From Lama guanicoe (lineage: Eukaryota), in contig MU053652.1 in the NCBI GenBank assembly GCA_013239625.1, positions 2,978,001 through 3,042,000 of the forward strand: DNA of 64,000 nucleotides, given 5' to 3'. How positions within the stretch are numbered: the first letter of the stretch is position 1; each line of letters begins with the position of its first letter. The position numbers and the translations under genes are program-made. Of this stretch, positions 38,531 to 52,490 are shown piece after piece. The notes below the pieces were generated by a model that worked only from the letters and a program-made list of their open reading frames with translations, did not search any database and was not told the DNA's origin.

Positions 38531-39087
38531 GAGAAAGACAGATATCACATGGTATCACTGATATGTGGAATCTTAAAAAATGATGCAAATGAACTTACTT
38601 ACAAAACAGAAAGAGGCTCACAGACATTAAAAAAAAAACTTATGATTACCAAAGGGGAAGTGGGGGAAGGGAGTTTGGGATTAGCAGATACACACTACTA
38701 TATATAAAATAGATAAACAACATTGTCCTATTGCATAGCACAGGGAACTATATTCAATACCTTGTAATAACCTATAATGAAACAGAATATACTGACTAAG
38801 GAGGTGAAACACAAAACAGGAGAACTACAAAACATTGATTAAGATGATTTGAAGAAATGGAAAGATAGCCTATGCTCTTGGATTAGAAGAATTAATATTA
38901 TTAAAATGGCCATACTCCCCAAAGCAATCTACAGATTTAATGCAATCCCTATCAAATTACCCAGGACATTTTTCACAGAACTAGAACAAATAATCCTAAA
39001 ACTTATACAGAATCACAAAAGACCCATAATTGCCAAAGCAGTACTGAAGAAAAAGGATGAAGCTGGAGGAATAACCCAGACTGACTT
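38528..39087 (+). mobile_element. Younger L1 fragments: 3' UTR (about 38528-38790) followed by mid-ORF2 (about 38790-39087)
   Basis: cagagaaagacagatatcacatggtatcac...cctataatgaaacagaatat; ORF 38849-39151 begins [35 protein letters not shown]. Confidence 0.9.
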
Positions 39088-39840
39088 CTGGTGTGTTTTC
39101 CAACACCACCACAATCCTCCAAGTCTAGGGGACACAGATTATGTGTCCTAAAAATTTAACTCAATTCTAACACCATCTACCTAGAGAGAGGGTCAGATTT
39201 CACAGGCTAAGGGCTCAGTCCCACAAGACTGCCCCTACTTCAGACATCAGTGACAAGTCCAGATTGTCACTCTGACCAACTGGCTATAAACCAAAGTTCC
39301 TACAACCCCCTCTTGGGTTTGATAATTTGCTAGAATGGCTCACAAAGCCCAGGAAGACATTTACTCCCATTTACCAGTTTACTGTAGAGGATATTATGAA
39401 CGATGCAGATAAACAGCCAGATAAAGAGGGACATAGATGAGGTCCGGGAGGGTCCCTAATGCAGAGCTTCTGTCCCATGGATTTGGGGTGCACCACCCTG
39501 CCAGCATGTGTATGAGTTCACCAATCCAGAAGCTCATCAAATCTTGTTGTTCAAGAATATTTATACAGCTTATTCTCCAGCTCCCCTGACTTCCCAGAGG
39601 TCAGTGGATGGAGCTGAAAGTTCCAGCCTTCTAATTGCTTGGTATTTCTGGTGACCAGCCCCAACCTGAGACTAGGTAGGGGGTCCCATCTTGTCACCTC
39701 ATTAGCATAAATGCTGTTGTGCTCAAAGGGGGCTCTTTATGAACAACAGAAGACCTCCTATCACTCGAGAAACTCCAAGGGTTTTACGAGCTCTGTGCCA
39801 GGAACCAGGGACAAAGACCAAATATACTTCTTACACCACA
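39082..39840. mobile_element. ERV-L type LTR (MER21-like)
   Basis: ttctaacaccatctacct...aagggctcagtcccacaagactgccc...gagctctgtgccaggaaccagggacaaagaccaaata. Confidence 0.75.
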
Positions 39841-39842
39841 TG

Positions 39843-39940
39843 CTGAGCCAGAAACTCTGAGGACGGGGCCCAGCAGTCCCTGTCCTACCAAGTTCCCTTG
39901 ATGACCCTAGTGCACACTAAAGATTGGGTACCACTGCCCT
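39843..39940. mobile_element. MER5A-like hAT MITE half
   Basis: cagaaactctg...ggggcccagca...tgcacactaaagattggg.accactgc. Confidence 0.6.
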
Positions 39941-40439
39941 GTGATTTTTTTTTTTTTCTGATTCTGGGGCCTCGTTTTGTAAATGTGCCACATCTCAAAA
40001 AGAGAGCAGTAGGAAAGTCAGTTTCTATAGAAAACCACTTCTAACAGAGGAAATAACAGAACAAAAAAAAAACCTGAAGGCCATTGCCTTGGCTACGGAA
40101 TCTGCTAATGCATTTTATTTTTAGATCTCATCCGTTGTTTATTTCTTTCTTTCAATCCCAATATCTTGGAATTAAGTTTTAATGTACCAAAAAGGGCTAA
40201 TATTCATTCAGAATGTACTAGAACAACACAGAAGTCAGCATCTGGTCTGACTGGCTGGTGCGTATGCCATACAAGGCTTTACATAAATCTTCCCAAAAGG
40301 CACATGGTGGAGAATACAAAAACACAGAATGTCTGCTCTTAGAGTTTCATTTACAAGTAATGGAAAGTACAAATGAAAGAACACAGTATGGATGCATTAG
40401 GGCACGATTTCAGAGGAAAGAAGAATTCACCCCAGATGG

Positions 40440-40810
40440 TTCTAATGAAGAGAACTGAGTGAGGGGGAGATTTTAGAGGGTGGGCAGGGTTAAGGGAACA
40501 AATGAGGCAAGCCAGGAACCCAGAGACTAGCAATGGTGCAGAGCCACAAAAAAGACGAAGGGAGAAAATGCTAGGGAAGATGTTCCCCAGAGGGAACTGT
40601 TTTCATGGAAGGAACCAATCACTGCCTAAGATGTGACCACAAAGCCAGGAAGGCATGGGGAAGAAATACCCAGACTTACCCCTCCGGCCTGCCAATCTCT
40701 TGCCTCCCATTGCCTAAATCAACCAGAAGCCGATGCTAGGAAGCTTGGTGATGCAGTCGCAGTGGACTATGTCTCAGGTCGTGGTCCAAAGCAGAGAAGG
40801 ATGAGAATAA
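40440..40810 (-). mobile_element. Ancient ERV-L LTR (LTR33-like)
   Basis: gcctcccattgcctaaatcaaccagaagcc...ggtgatgcagtc. Confidence 0.45.
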
Positions 40811-41504
40811 ATGGGTGCAGTAAGGTGACAGAGAATAATGAGAAAACCAGACAAATTCGGATTTTGTGACTTTGACTCTCATTTAACTCTACTTTTATGG
40901 GAGTTAGTATATGATTTCTCTTTTATGGCAAATAACTTTATGGTTGAACTCCAATTTTTATAAGGTCTTTAAATAAATATTTATTGTCTCAATGTTGTAT
41001 TAACTTTAAAGATATCAGCAACTATGACCAAATTAATAACCAGAATTATCACTGATTTTTAGAATTTTTGATCCGGAAAATGTCACTGGAACAATCTGTG
41101 TAGGTAAATAGCTTTAAAACATTATTGATATTCCACAAGGACTACTCAAAAGACATTAGCATATTTTAATTAACATGTTTTAGTAGCAAAATTACATTTA
41201 AATTACATTTTGTTATCCTCCTAATAGCTTTACAAGTAATTTTCAAGCACATTTGAAACCCTGCCAGAGGGTTTTATTTGATATAAAACAACCAAAGAAT
41301 TTAGCAACATTTATGGAAAATTTTGTATTAACACCCAGATTTCTAAATTATGTTAAGCTCTGGATTTGCATTCTGTGCTGAAGGTCTAATCAGTGGAGGG
41401 GGAGGGACACAGCGTCACCTTATTACAGTTGTCTTTGCTCTTGGGTAACAACCAACCAGGTTCCAAAGTGCAGGGCAGACCCGTGGCGGGTGGTGGCCGG
41501 CGGA

Positions 41505-41632
41505 TACTGCCCTGAAGAGCAGTTCTCTGTATCTCTCATCGACTCTGTGTAGTGACTTCACATTGATAATTTGAAACCTGCCATGACGGGAGTGTCTACA
41601 GCATAGAAACTGACAGAAAGTACAAATAAGGC
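41505..41632. mobile_element. hAT relic (MER63-like)
   Basis: cacattgataatttgaaacctgccatgacgggagtgtctaca...tacaaataagg. Confidence 0.5.
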
Positions 41633-41740
41633 CTGCCTACCTGCCTGCCTTCCCTCCCTCCCTCTCTCCTTCCTTCCTTCCTTCTGCCTCCCTTTGTCTG
41701 TCTACCCATCCAACCATCCATCCATCCATCCATCCATCTA
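41632..41740. repeat. Compound tetranucleotide tract (CCTG/CCCT/CCTT/TCCA)
   Basis: Read directly from sequence. Confidence 0.85.
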
Positions 41741-44700
41741 CGCACAGAAGCCCACCAGCCATTCAGCTTGTGGCTAGGACCTGGTTGAGGCCTCTAATTT
41801 AGCTTTTGCTGATGGGATTTGCCGGGGAGAGCCCTTGCCCACATGAATCCCACTTGACATAGTTTATTCAGTATTAAAATCTTTGCTTGGGGTGATGATG
41901 CTGTAAGTTTCAACCTTGTATTCTAGTAAGTACCTGCACTGCAGTAAGGGAGACACGTCCCTTCGGGGCCTTCCATGTCACTCTACTCTAGGCCTTTAAA
42001 CTCTCTAGCTCAGGGGGAGGAGGCCTCTTTGAGGACCCTTCCTCACCTCCCGTCTGCCCAGGAGTGGAGCTGAGCCAACTCCTAGCTTCTTTCCCCTGAG
42101 CCAGCAGCAGCCCCTCCTCCACTCAGGCACAGCTGCTCTCTCAGCAAACTTCTCCCTCCTGTCTCTCTCTCTGTCTCTTGCAACTTGCCTGGGGCCCTCC
42201 AGGAACCTGGTGCCCAAGGTCCTGATTTTGCTCATTTTAATAATATGTACTTTAATTTAATTGATATCCCTTCCCCTTCTCCTCACTCACTCCTTTTACT
42301 AAAGGAAGGAGGTGGAATAGAATCCAGCTCACCCCTCCCTTACTGTCAGGTCAAAAGTTGCGGAAGCCATGGCCACCAGCCAAGATCCCATATTAACCTA
42401 AACCATAATTTTTCTCCTAATACTTGAACCCTTGGCAAGTTCTGGGCATCATGCCAGATGTTGTCTATTCCAGGCTATGAAGGCCATCGTTACCTAAATG
42501 AAATTGTGCCTGGAATAGAAAAGTCAGCTAAGTCAGCTCTTTAACCCTTTGGTGACATCTACTTTATGCCGTTAGAATTTACTGTCCTGAGATCCCTGAT
42601 AAGGATGAAGTCTCTGTTCAACACTTTCTTAGTCATATTTAACCAAATTTTACACTCTTTAACCAGCCTCACCTAACAGGCAAATAAAAGCTTAAAGAAT
42701 AAATTACTTTCTGTACACTTGACCAATAAAAGATCTATGTCTGAGTGAACAGGAGCAAGGGCCCACTTTCTCTGCAGGTTAATTTCCCCATTTGTAAAAT
42801 GGGATCCACAGCGGTACCCACTCAGCTAGGCTCAGATAAGACCCCAGGTAAACCCTGCACAGAGCAAGTGCCCAAACATATTATCATCTTCATTATTATT
42901 GTAGTGTGAAAGTCCGTGTGGCTCCCTTCATCTATATTTTAACTTACTTTGAGTTCATAGCATTTTTCTCCATTCAAAATAGATTATTTGAATTTTTGAA
43001 AAACTCAAATTTTACAAAAACTCAATTATTCAAAAACTTAATGTTTTTAAATTTTCCTACCTAGAATAATTTGGGGTTTTCAGTGTTGTGGTGGTTTGGA
43101 TTTCTTTTATGAAGAGAGAGAATATAAAGAGGCGATCCAATTTATTAAAAGTAATTTGCTTCTGACTGGTGAAGGCCTAGCATGAATATTAAAAATTGTT
43201 TTGGAACATTATCCATCCTGCTTTTCTAGGTTGAGTTCCAAACATATTAAATAAATTGCCATCTGAGAAACAAGGAGAAGAATTGTGAGTTGAAGGTGGG
43301 GTAGAGAGAAACATAGCCGTGGAAAGAATTCCATAATACGACAAAATTTATCACTCTTGACTCTGTTCTTGCCCTCCCTCTGTAGAATTTTTTCCTTTTC
43401 TTATAGCAAAGTAATGTACCCGGTTTGGTGTAATCAGAAAGCGCTTTCAAAGCAGAATGTGCAAAGGCTGGAGGAGGGAGGGATGTTTCTCTGAGGAATG
43501 CACTTTATTAGCAGTGCTTTAATATTCATTTTATTATCCAGCCAAATCTAGTGTATTATGTTGTAAAAGTTTAAAATTCCTCGAAGTATTTGTTTATTTA
43601 GCAAATAAATAAATAAATATAAAGACTAAGAGTTCCCCAGACACTTAAATGTTGATTGCAACTTACATCTTCCACAGCTAATATATCAGACTCTTGTAAA
43701 TGCTTTGAAGCCTTTTAAGAATACATAGGGAACAACAGAATAATTACGAAACAGATGTGTACGTGTACACTGTCATTGGTTATACAAGGGTTAATACCAC
43801 CATTTAGAATTTTATCTTTTTACCCCAACAGAGAGATCTGTATCATAAAAGCCTGGAGTGTTACCTGAACTCTCATCTTCTCAGATCTAAAACCTTGGCA
43901 TCCCTCCAATTTCAGTTGCTGGATTAGGATTCTTAATCATTTAGGACCTTTTACTGTTTTAAAGCTGAAACAAGGATTACTAGCTCATCTATATTTTTAT
44001 TGTAAGAATTGCATTTAGTTACAGAGTAACTGAAGGTTTGTCTTCCTAAGCCTTTTAGATAGAAGCAGATTAGCCTGAATTTAATAATCCAGGTAAGGGG
44101 AATTATAATTTAGAATTATCCTGGATAAAGAAATACCAATTAGCCAAGTGTAAACTGCTGGTGTGATTGTGCTGGTGTCTCATACACAGGGCTCTTATCC
44201 ACCTGCCTTTTTTTCTTAATCTTTCTTTCCCCCAAACTAAAGCTCTACTAAGAATATAATTCTTGACCTCCCACGAGATTAGAACATAAAGGTGTAGGCT
44301 GTGCTCTGGAACAGCTTCCCCCCTTCACCAAAAAGACAGGACAGCAACCCCCGCTGTCTTGTTACAGTTCTTGTTCCCAGGAAGGACTGTCCCTCTTTGG
44401 AGATTGGGGCTTACATGTGCCCATCTTCAGCCTATAAAGATTGTCTTGCCAGACTCCTAATGAAATAGCCTATTTAAAGCAGATGGAATTACTACCCAGG
44501 ATTCAAAAGAACCAGGTCTGCTTTTTAGGAACTACCAGAACAACCAGAAACTAAAAGTGACCAGGATCATGGGGTCTGGATGCATGCTGGTGCAGGGCAC
44601 ACATTCTCTGGCAGGCGGATCCAAACAGAGCTTTTAAGGGCTGACCACTCCTCACCCATCCTGCCAGGTGCCATGGAATCCAGACTGTACTCGGACATGT

Positions 44701-44879
44701 ATCATCTGGGGTTATTTACAGGAGCTAAAGAAGGCCCTCCTTTGGTGAGAGGATTCCAAAGAGTTATTAAACACTTCGCCATTAATAAAGAAAGAACAAT
44801 GTGTCTTAAGGGTGAAGAATTCATACCAGCATTTTTGGCTATCAATGCAGATGTGAAGGGTTTTTACTTTTAGACAGAG

Positions 44880-47815
44880 AGAAACCACTGGCATGGAAAT
44901 GTTCAGGACAAAATGGAAAACCAGGCTAGGATCACCAACTTTGATGAAAATATGCAACATGGAAGGAAAAGACCAAGATTAACAGGAAAAAAGTCCCCAG
45001 AAGAAACAAATAATAAAGTGAACTGTCTAGAACTGGAAAAGAACATCTGGCATCTTCAGAGAGATTCAAGGGATATTTAATCCATAAAACAAAAGGAGGG
45101 TTCCATAAAAAAGGGATATCAGAGAACAACAAAAAACATTCAGTAAAGAAAAATGTGATTGTCAAAATGGAAAAAAAATCAGTATAAAACCTGAAAAGTG
45201 CAGTCTAGGAATTCTAAACAAAAGTAAAACAAAAAGTCAATAAATTGGAACATGTGAAAAGAAAACCGGTAAAAAGCATCAAAATGAATTAAGGAGGCCC
45301 ACATTTGACAAACAATATTCTAAAAAGAGAGAGAAGAGAAATGGAAGGAAGGAAAGCCTTAAAAACCAACAAGCAAATAAAACAGGAGACAGAAGGATAC
45401 TGGGCTTCATGTTGGAAGGACTCGCCAAGTGCCCATAGGCTTAAACAAAAAGGACCCCAGGCTAAGACTGACCTCAGGTCATTCATCTAACCTGGCATCC
45501 TCTACTGTGTCTTCTTTCCCCAGACTCTAAGATCTCTCTAGGTTTTCAAACTAGTATCCCACCGCACTAGTAGTTGGTATGTTGGTAAATGATTGGTTTT
45601 CCACAGTGCATGTATTTCAACTATACATGCCCTCGGTTCTCTTCCCACTGCCCCCTGCACATCTTTTCAAGGCACTTTAAAATGACAGAGTTTCTCATGG
45701 TTAGATTTTTCTCCATTCAAGACATCTTGTGTTCATTCTCATCAATATGCTGATTATTCCCTAATTGCTGGTGGTATTATAAATTGGTATAGCCACTTGG
45801 AGGCATAGTTTAGCATTGAATATTGAAATAGAAGGTGGGCTTATCCTACAGCTCAGTAATTACACTCCTCAGTCTCTAGACTGGATAAACACCTATACAT
45901 GTGCATGAGGAGGCAAGTATTAGGATGCTCACTGCAGTGGAGTCTAAAATAATGGAGAAAAGAAAATAGAAGTCCATCAGTAGGGGATGGTTAAATATAC
46001 TATGTATATGTACAATGAAGTTAACAGAATTAAGTATATGTACTAACGTGAGTGGATCTCCAAGGCTTACTGCTGAGTGGAGGAAATTAAAATTCTTATC
46101 AAAAAAAATCAAAGAATGTGTGTGATCATAAAGAGTGGCACCTGGAATCTTTGTGATGATGGAATAATCATTGTGGTAGTGATTAGAAAATCTACACATG
46201 ACACAGTTACATAAAATACACACACTGAGTGCATGGAAAACTGATGAAAACTTGGTAAGTTCTATGGACTGTATCAATGTCAATGTCCTGGTTTTGATAG
46301 TATACTATAGTTACATAAGATGTTACCTTTGGGGGAGGCTGGGTGAAGGGTATACAAGGTCTCCTGACTTTATTTGGCAAATTGCCATGAATCTATAATT
46401 CAACAAAAAAAGTTTAAAGAGAAGAAATACAAAATAAATATTGATGTATTAGAAGACTCAACTTGATAACTTCAATTCTCCATAAATTGGCTAGAGTTGA
46501 TGCAATTTCAAAACTTTTTTAAGTAACTTGACAAACTGGTTCCAAAATTTATATGGAAATTCAAAGAGCCAAGAATCACAAGAACAAAGGAAGAGAACTT
46601 ACTTTACCAGACATGAAGATTTATTATAAAACTATAGTAATAAGGAAGTATGGTATTGCTACAAAAATAAGCTAATCATCAGTGGAACAGAATAGGTGAT
46701 CTGAAGATGGGGATGGGGAAATATGAACATAAGAATGCTTGACTAATGACTAAGCTGGAACTCTGAAATAGAAAGAAAGGATGTACTTTTCCACAGAAAG
46801 TGCAGGGAAATATGTGAATTTGAATTTGAAAATTCAATCCTTACCACATACCTAACACAAAATTCAACTAAGCCATCATATAACTGCTTCAATGGGCAGT
46901 TAATGCAAATGAAAAAGTGTATTCAGAAAACATATATGAAGAAGAATTAAATGGGAAATTTTATGACAGAAAAATACAATAACCTAACTTTTAACACTCA
47001 ACGGATGGCCTTAAAAGCAGAATGAAGAGGGCAGAGGAATGAATCAATGCACCTAAAATAGAGAATTCTACCAGTTGTTTAACGAAGAGTTAATACTAAT
47101 TCTATGCAATCTCTTCCAGAAAATAAAAGAGGAGGAAATACTTCTGAACTCCACTTAAGAGGCCAGTATTGCCTTGATATCAAAATCTGACAAAGATAGT
47201 ACACACACACACACACACACACAGAGAAAACTATAAACTAATATCCTTCATGAGTATAGATGTAAATTTTTAAACAAAATATCAGCAAATACAATTCAAT
47301 AATATATGAAAAGACTTATAAATCATGACCAAGTAGGGTTTATTCCAAAGATGCAAGACTGGTTCAATAATTAAAAATCAATTTATTCTGTGATATTAAC
47401 AGACTAAGAATAAAATTCACATAATCATATCAATTGATGGAGAAAAAATATTTGACAAAACTCAACACCCACCCATGGTAAAAACTCTAAGGAAGCTAGA
47501 AATAGAGGAAAACACCTTCAACTTGATAAAGATCATACTGAAAACCCTACAGATAACATTGTATTTAATGGTGAAGGACTGAATGCTTTCCCAGTAAGGT
47601 CAGGAACATGGCAAGGCAGCTCAGTCTTGTCACTATCACTCAACATAGTACTGGAAGTCCTAGCCAGTGCAATGAAGACAAAAAAGGAAATAAAAGCACA
47701 TGGTTTGGAAAGGAAGAAATAAAACTGTTCCTATTTGCCGATGACATAATAATCTACATAGAAAATCCCAAGGAATTTTTAAAAAACCCTCCTAGAACTA
47801 ATAAATGAGTTCAGC
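44880..47815 (+). mobile_element. Mosaic of ancient L1 fragments (ORF1-like, 3' UTR, RT)
   Basis: A-rich ORF1-like 44900-45450; L1MC-type 3' end 46130-46420; RT piece 47065-47815 with LFLFADDIIIY. Confidence 0.7.
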
Positions 47816-50800
47816 AGACTTTCAAATAAAGACTATAACAAGAGACAAAGAAAGACATTACATAATGACAAAGGAATCAATGCAATTAGAAAATATAATA
47901 ATTATAAATATATATGCATCTAACATAAGAGCCCCTAAATACACAAAGCAAATATTAACCCACATAAAAGGAGAAATAATGGGAGGGGACTTTAACATCC
48001 CACTTACATCAATGTACAGATCATCCAGATAGAAAATCAGTAAGGGAACACTGGCCTTAAATGACAGATGAACTTCATATGTATATAGAAAACATTTTGC
48101 CCCAAAACAGCAGAATAAGCATTCTGTTTAAGTGCACATGGAACATTCTCCAGGATGTATCACAAGCTAACCACAAAACAAGTGTCAATAAATTTAAGGA
48201 AATTGAAGTCATATCAAGCATCCTTTCTGACCACAATGATATGAGACTAGAAATCAACTATAAGGGGAAAAACAGCAAAAAACACAAACACACGGAGGCT
48301 AAATAATATGCTACTAAATAACCATGGGTCACTGAATAAATCAAAAGAAATAAAAAAGTACCTGGAGACAAGTGAAAATGAAAACACAATGATCTAAAAA
48401 CCTACAGGATTCAGCAAAAGCAGTTCGAAGAGGGAAGTTTATAACAATACAAGCTTACCTCAGGAAACAAGAAATATGTCAAACAATCTAACCTTGCACC
48501 TAAAGGAGCTAGAAAAAGAACAAACAAAACCCAAAGCTAATAGAAGGAAAGACATAATAACGATCAGAGCAGAAGTTAATGAAATAGAAAACAATCAAAA
48601 AGATCAATGAAACTAAGAGCTGGTTCTTTGAAAAGATAAAGAAAATTGATAAACCTTTAGCACGACTGATCAAGAAAAAGAGAAGACCCAAATAAACTTT
48701 TTTAAATGAAAGAGAAGTTATAACTGACCACTGAAACACAAAGGATCATAAGAGATCACTACAACAAATTATATGCCAATAAAATATACAACCTAGAAGA
48801 AATGGATAGATTCCTAGAAATATACAATCTCTTAAGACTAAATCAGGACAAAATAGAAAATATGAACAGACCAATTACCAGTAATAAAATTGAATCAGTA
48901 ATTGGAAAAAAAAAAACAATACCTAACAAACAAAAGTTCAGGACCAAATGACTTCACAGTCATTTAGAGGAGTTAACATTTAGAGGAGATAACATCCACC
49001 CTTCTCAAAATACTCCAAAAAATTGAAGAGGAAGGAATGCTTCTGAACTATTTCTACAAGGCCAGCATCACCCTAATATCAAAACTAGACAAAGATATCA
49101 CACACAAAAAGGAATTAAAGGCCAATATCACTGATAACATAGATGTAAAAATCCTCAACAAAATATTAGCAAACCAAATTTCATACATTAACAAGATGAT
49201 ACACCATCACCAACTGGGGTTGTTCCCATTGAAGCAAGGATGGTTTAATATCTGCAAATCAATCAATATGATACGACACATTAACAAAACGAAGAATAAA
49301 AATCATATGATCATCTCAATAGATGCAGAAAAAACTTCTGACAAAATTCTGCATCTAGTTATGATAAAAATTCTCAACAAAGTAGGTATGGAAGAAACAT
49401 ACCTTAATATAACAAGGGCCACATATGACAAGCCCACAGCTGATGTCATACTCAGTGGTGAAAAGCTGAAAGCATTTCTTCTAAGATCAGTAATAAGACA
49501 AGGATGGTCACTCTTACCACTTTTATTCAGCACAGTATTGGAAGTTGTAGTCACAGCAGTCAGACAAGAAAAAGAAATAAAAGGAATCCAAACTGGAAAG
49601 GAAGAAGTAAAACTGTTTGCAGATGACATGATACTCTACATAGAAAATCCTAAAGATGCCACTAAAAGATTACTAGAACTCATCGATGAATTCAGTATAG
49701 CTGCAAAATTAACATGTAGAAATCTATTGCATTTCTATACAGTAACAATGAACTATCAGAAAAAGAAATTAATAAAACAATCCCATTTCCAATTGCATCA
49801 AAAAGAATAAAATACTTAGGCAGTAATCTAAGGAAATAAAAGACCTGTACTCAGAAAACTATAAGACATTGATGAAAGAAACTGAGGACAACACAAATGG
49901 AAAGATGCCACGCTCATGAATTGGAAGAATTAGTATTGTTAAAATGACCATACTCCCAAGGCAATCTACAGATTCAGTGCACTCCCTATCAAAATACCAA
50001 GAGCATTTTTGCACAGAACTAGAACAAATAATTTTAAAATTTGTATGGAAACACAAAAGACCCTGAATAGCCAAAATAATCTTGAGAACGAACAAAACTG
50101 GAGGTATCATGCTCCTTGATTTCAAACTGTACTATGAATCTACAGTAATCAAAATAGTATAGTACTGGCACAAAACCAGAGACATAGATCAATGGAACAG
50201 AAAAGAGAGCCCAGAAATGAACCCACACTTATATGACCCATTAATCTATGGCAAAGGAGGCAAGAATATACATTGGGGAAAGGATGGCCTTTTCAATAAA
50301 TGGTGTTTGGAAAACTAAATAGCTATGTGCAAAAGAATTAAACTTGACTAGTTTCTCACATCATAAACAAAAATAAACTCAAAATGGATTAAAAAACTAA
50401 GTGTAATACCTGAAACCATAAAGCTCCTAAAAGAAAACATAGGCTGTTTGCTCTTTGACATTGGTCTTAGCAATATTATTTTGTTTCCTCAGGCAAGAAC
50501 AACAAAAGCAAAAATAAATAAATGGGACTATAATCAAAAATCTTTTGTACAGTGAAGGACACTATCAACAAAACAAAAAAGTAGACACCAAATGGGAGGA
50601 GATATCTGCAAATGATATATCTAATAGGGGTTAATATCCAAAATATACAAAGAAGTCATATAAGTCAACATCAAAAAAGCAACCTGATTAAAAAGTGGGC
50701 AGAGGACCTGAAGAAGATGTATAGATGGCCAACAGACACATGAAAAGATGCTCAGCATCACTAATCATCAGAGAAATGCAAATCAAAATCATGAGCTATC

Positions 50801-51590
50801 ACCTTAACACCTGTAAGAATGGCTGTTATCAAAAGGAACAGATAACAAGTGTAGGCAAGATGTGGAGAAAATGGAACCCTTGTGCACTGCTGGTGCAAGT
50901 ATAAGTTGGAACAGCCACTGTGAAAAATGCTATGAAAGCTCCCCCCAAAATTAAAAATAGAACTACCATACAATCTAGCAATTCCCTTCCAGATATTTAT
51001 CTGAAGAAAACTAAAACACTAATTTGAAAAGATGTATGCACCCCTATATTCACTGCAATATTATTTACAATAGCCAAGCTATGGAAGCAACCTAAGTGTC
51101 CACTGACTGATGAACGGATAAAGAAGAAGTGGTATAAAAAAGAATGGAATCTTGCCATTTGCAACAACAATGATGGACCTAGAGGGTATTATGCTAAGTG
51201 AAATAAGTCAGACAGAGAAAGACAAGTATCACATGGTTTCACTTACATGTGAAATCTAAAAAACAAAACAAATGAACAAACATAGCAAAACAGAAACAGA
51301 CTCATAGATGCAGAGAACAACAGGTGGTTTCCATAGGGGAGGTGGTAGGGGGATGAGTGAAATATGTGAGGGGGATTAAGAGGTATAAACTTCCAATTAC
51401 AAAATAAATGAGTCACGGGGATAAAATGAACAGCGTGGGGAATATAGTCAACAATATTGTAATAACTTTGTATGGTGACAGATGGTAATTAGACTTATGG
51501 TGGTTATTTGTAAGGTATAAAAATATTGAATTACTATGTTGTGCACCTGGAACTAACATTAAGTCGATTATACTTCTATTTAAAAAAACA
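47812..51590 (+). mobile_element. 5'-truncated L1, about 3.8 kb, degenerate ORF2 (EN to C-terminus) plus 3' UTR
   Basis: EN-like ORF 47805-48032 (INIYASN, GDFNIPL); RT ORF 49037-49810 ([25 protein letters not shown]); ends cgattatacttctatttaaaaaaa. Confidence 0.95.
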
Positions 51591-51649
51591 AAGTAAAAAG
51601 CCAGACAAGGGTCCTTATATTATTGAATATAGTTATGGATGTTCCTATG

Positions 51650-52490
51650 CAATAAGAAATAAGAATATGCAGTAAGAAAAATGAAAGAGGATTAGTTATT
51701 GGGAAAGTGGTGGCAAAATGGTCATTATTTCAGGTGTTTTGATAGTCCATATGGAAGCGCAAAGCAGTCAACTAAAAAAGATTAAAATTCAGACATCGGT
51801 AAGGTTGCAAAACATTTGAAAATCAGTTGCATTTCTATGCCTACACCCATAATAATTAGTTAGCAAAATGAGTTGAGAAAGATCCAAATGCTAATGCAAT
51901 AAAAATATAAAATACCTAGAAATAAACCTTTAAATTGAAGTCCACACCCTAATGATGAAAATTATAACATTTAATTGAGGAAACATAAAAGAAGATCCAA
52001 ACAAATGGAGAGACCTACAATATTGCCAGACAGAAAAACTTACTTCAATATTATAAACTCTCCCCAAGTAAACCTCTATATTTCACACAACCCAAATACC
52101 AACGAGATTTTTAAAAAACTGAACAAAATTATTCTAAAGAACATCTGAAAAAAAATGAAAGTGGGTAAATAAGCAGTACTATCTTGAAAGGGAGTAATGT
52201 TGCATTTGTATATTTAGTAAGAAAATTTTCAAAATAGATTAACTTGCTTATGGCAGATTGCAAATGGCAATTACATTTGCAATGTGGCAGATTACAAAAT
52301 GTTATGAGTATAATTTGTTAAAAAATAAATTATACATAAAAGAGGCTTGGAAGTAGATATAGCAAAATACTGTAAGTGGTTGTCTCTGGCTGATGGAATA
52401 ATGGGTAATTCTTTTTTAGCTAGTCTGCATCTCCTGAATTTTCTACAACAAGCATATATTGATACTATAGAGAGGAAAATGTAATTTTAT
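51650..52490 (+). mobile_element. Very old L1 fragment
   Basis: aaaatcagttgcatttcta, aaaatacctagaaataaacc, aaatggagagacctac. Confidence 0.6.

Noticed and set aside
41465..41510. CpG-island promoter
   Set aside because: Only about 40 bp are GC/CpG-rich and they abut a DNA-transposon relic.
49037..49810. Reverse transcriptase ORF as part of a novel RT system
   Set aside because: It is ordinary L1 ORF2 RT in a frameshifted, 5'-truncated copy.
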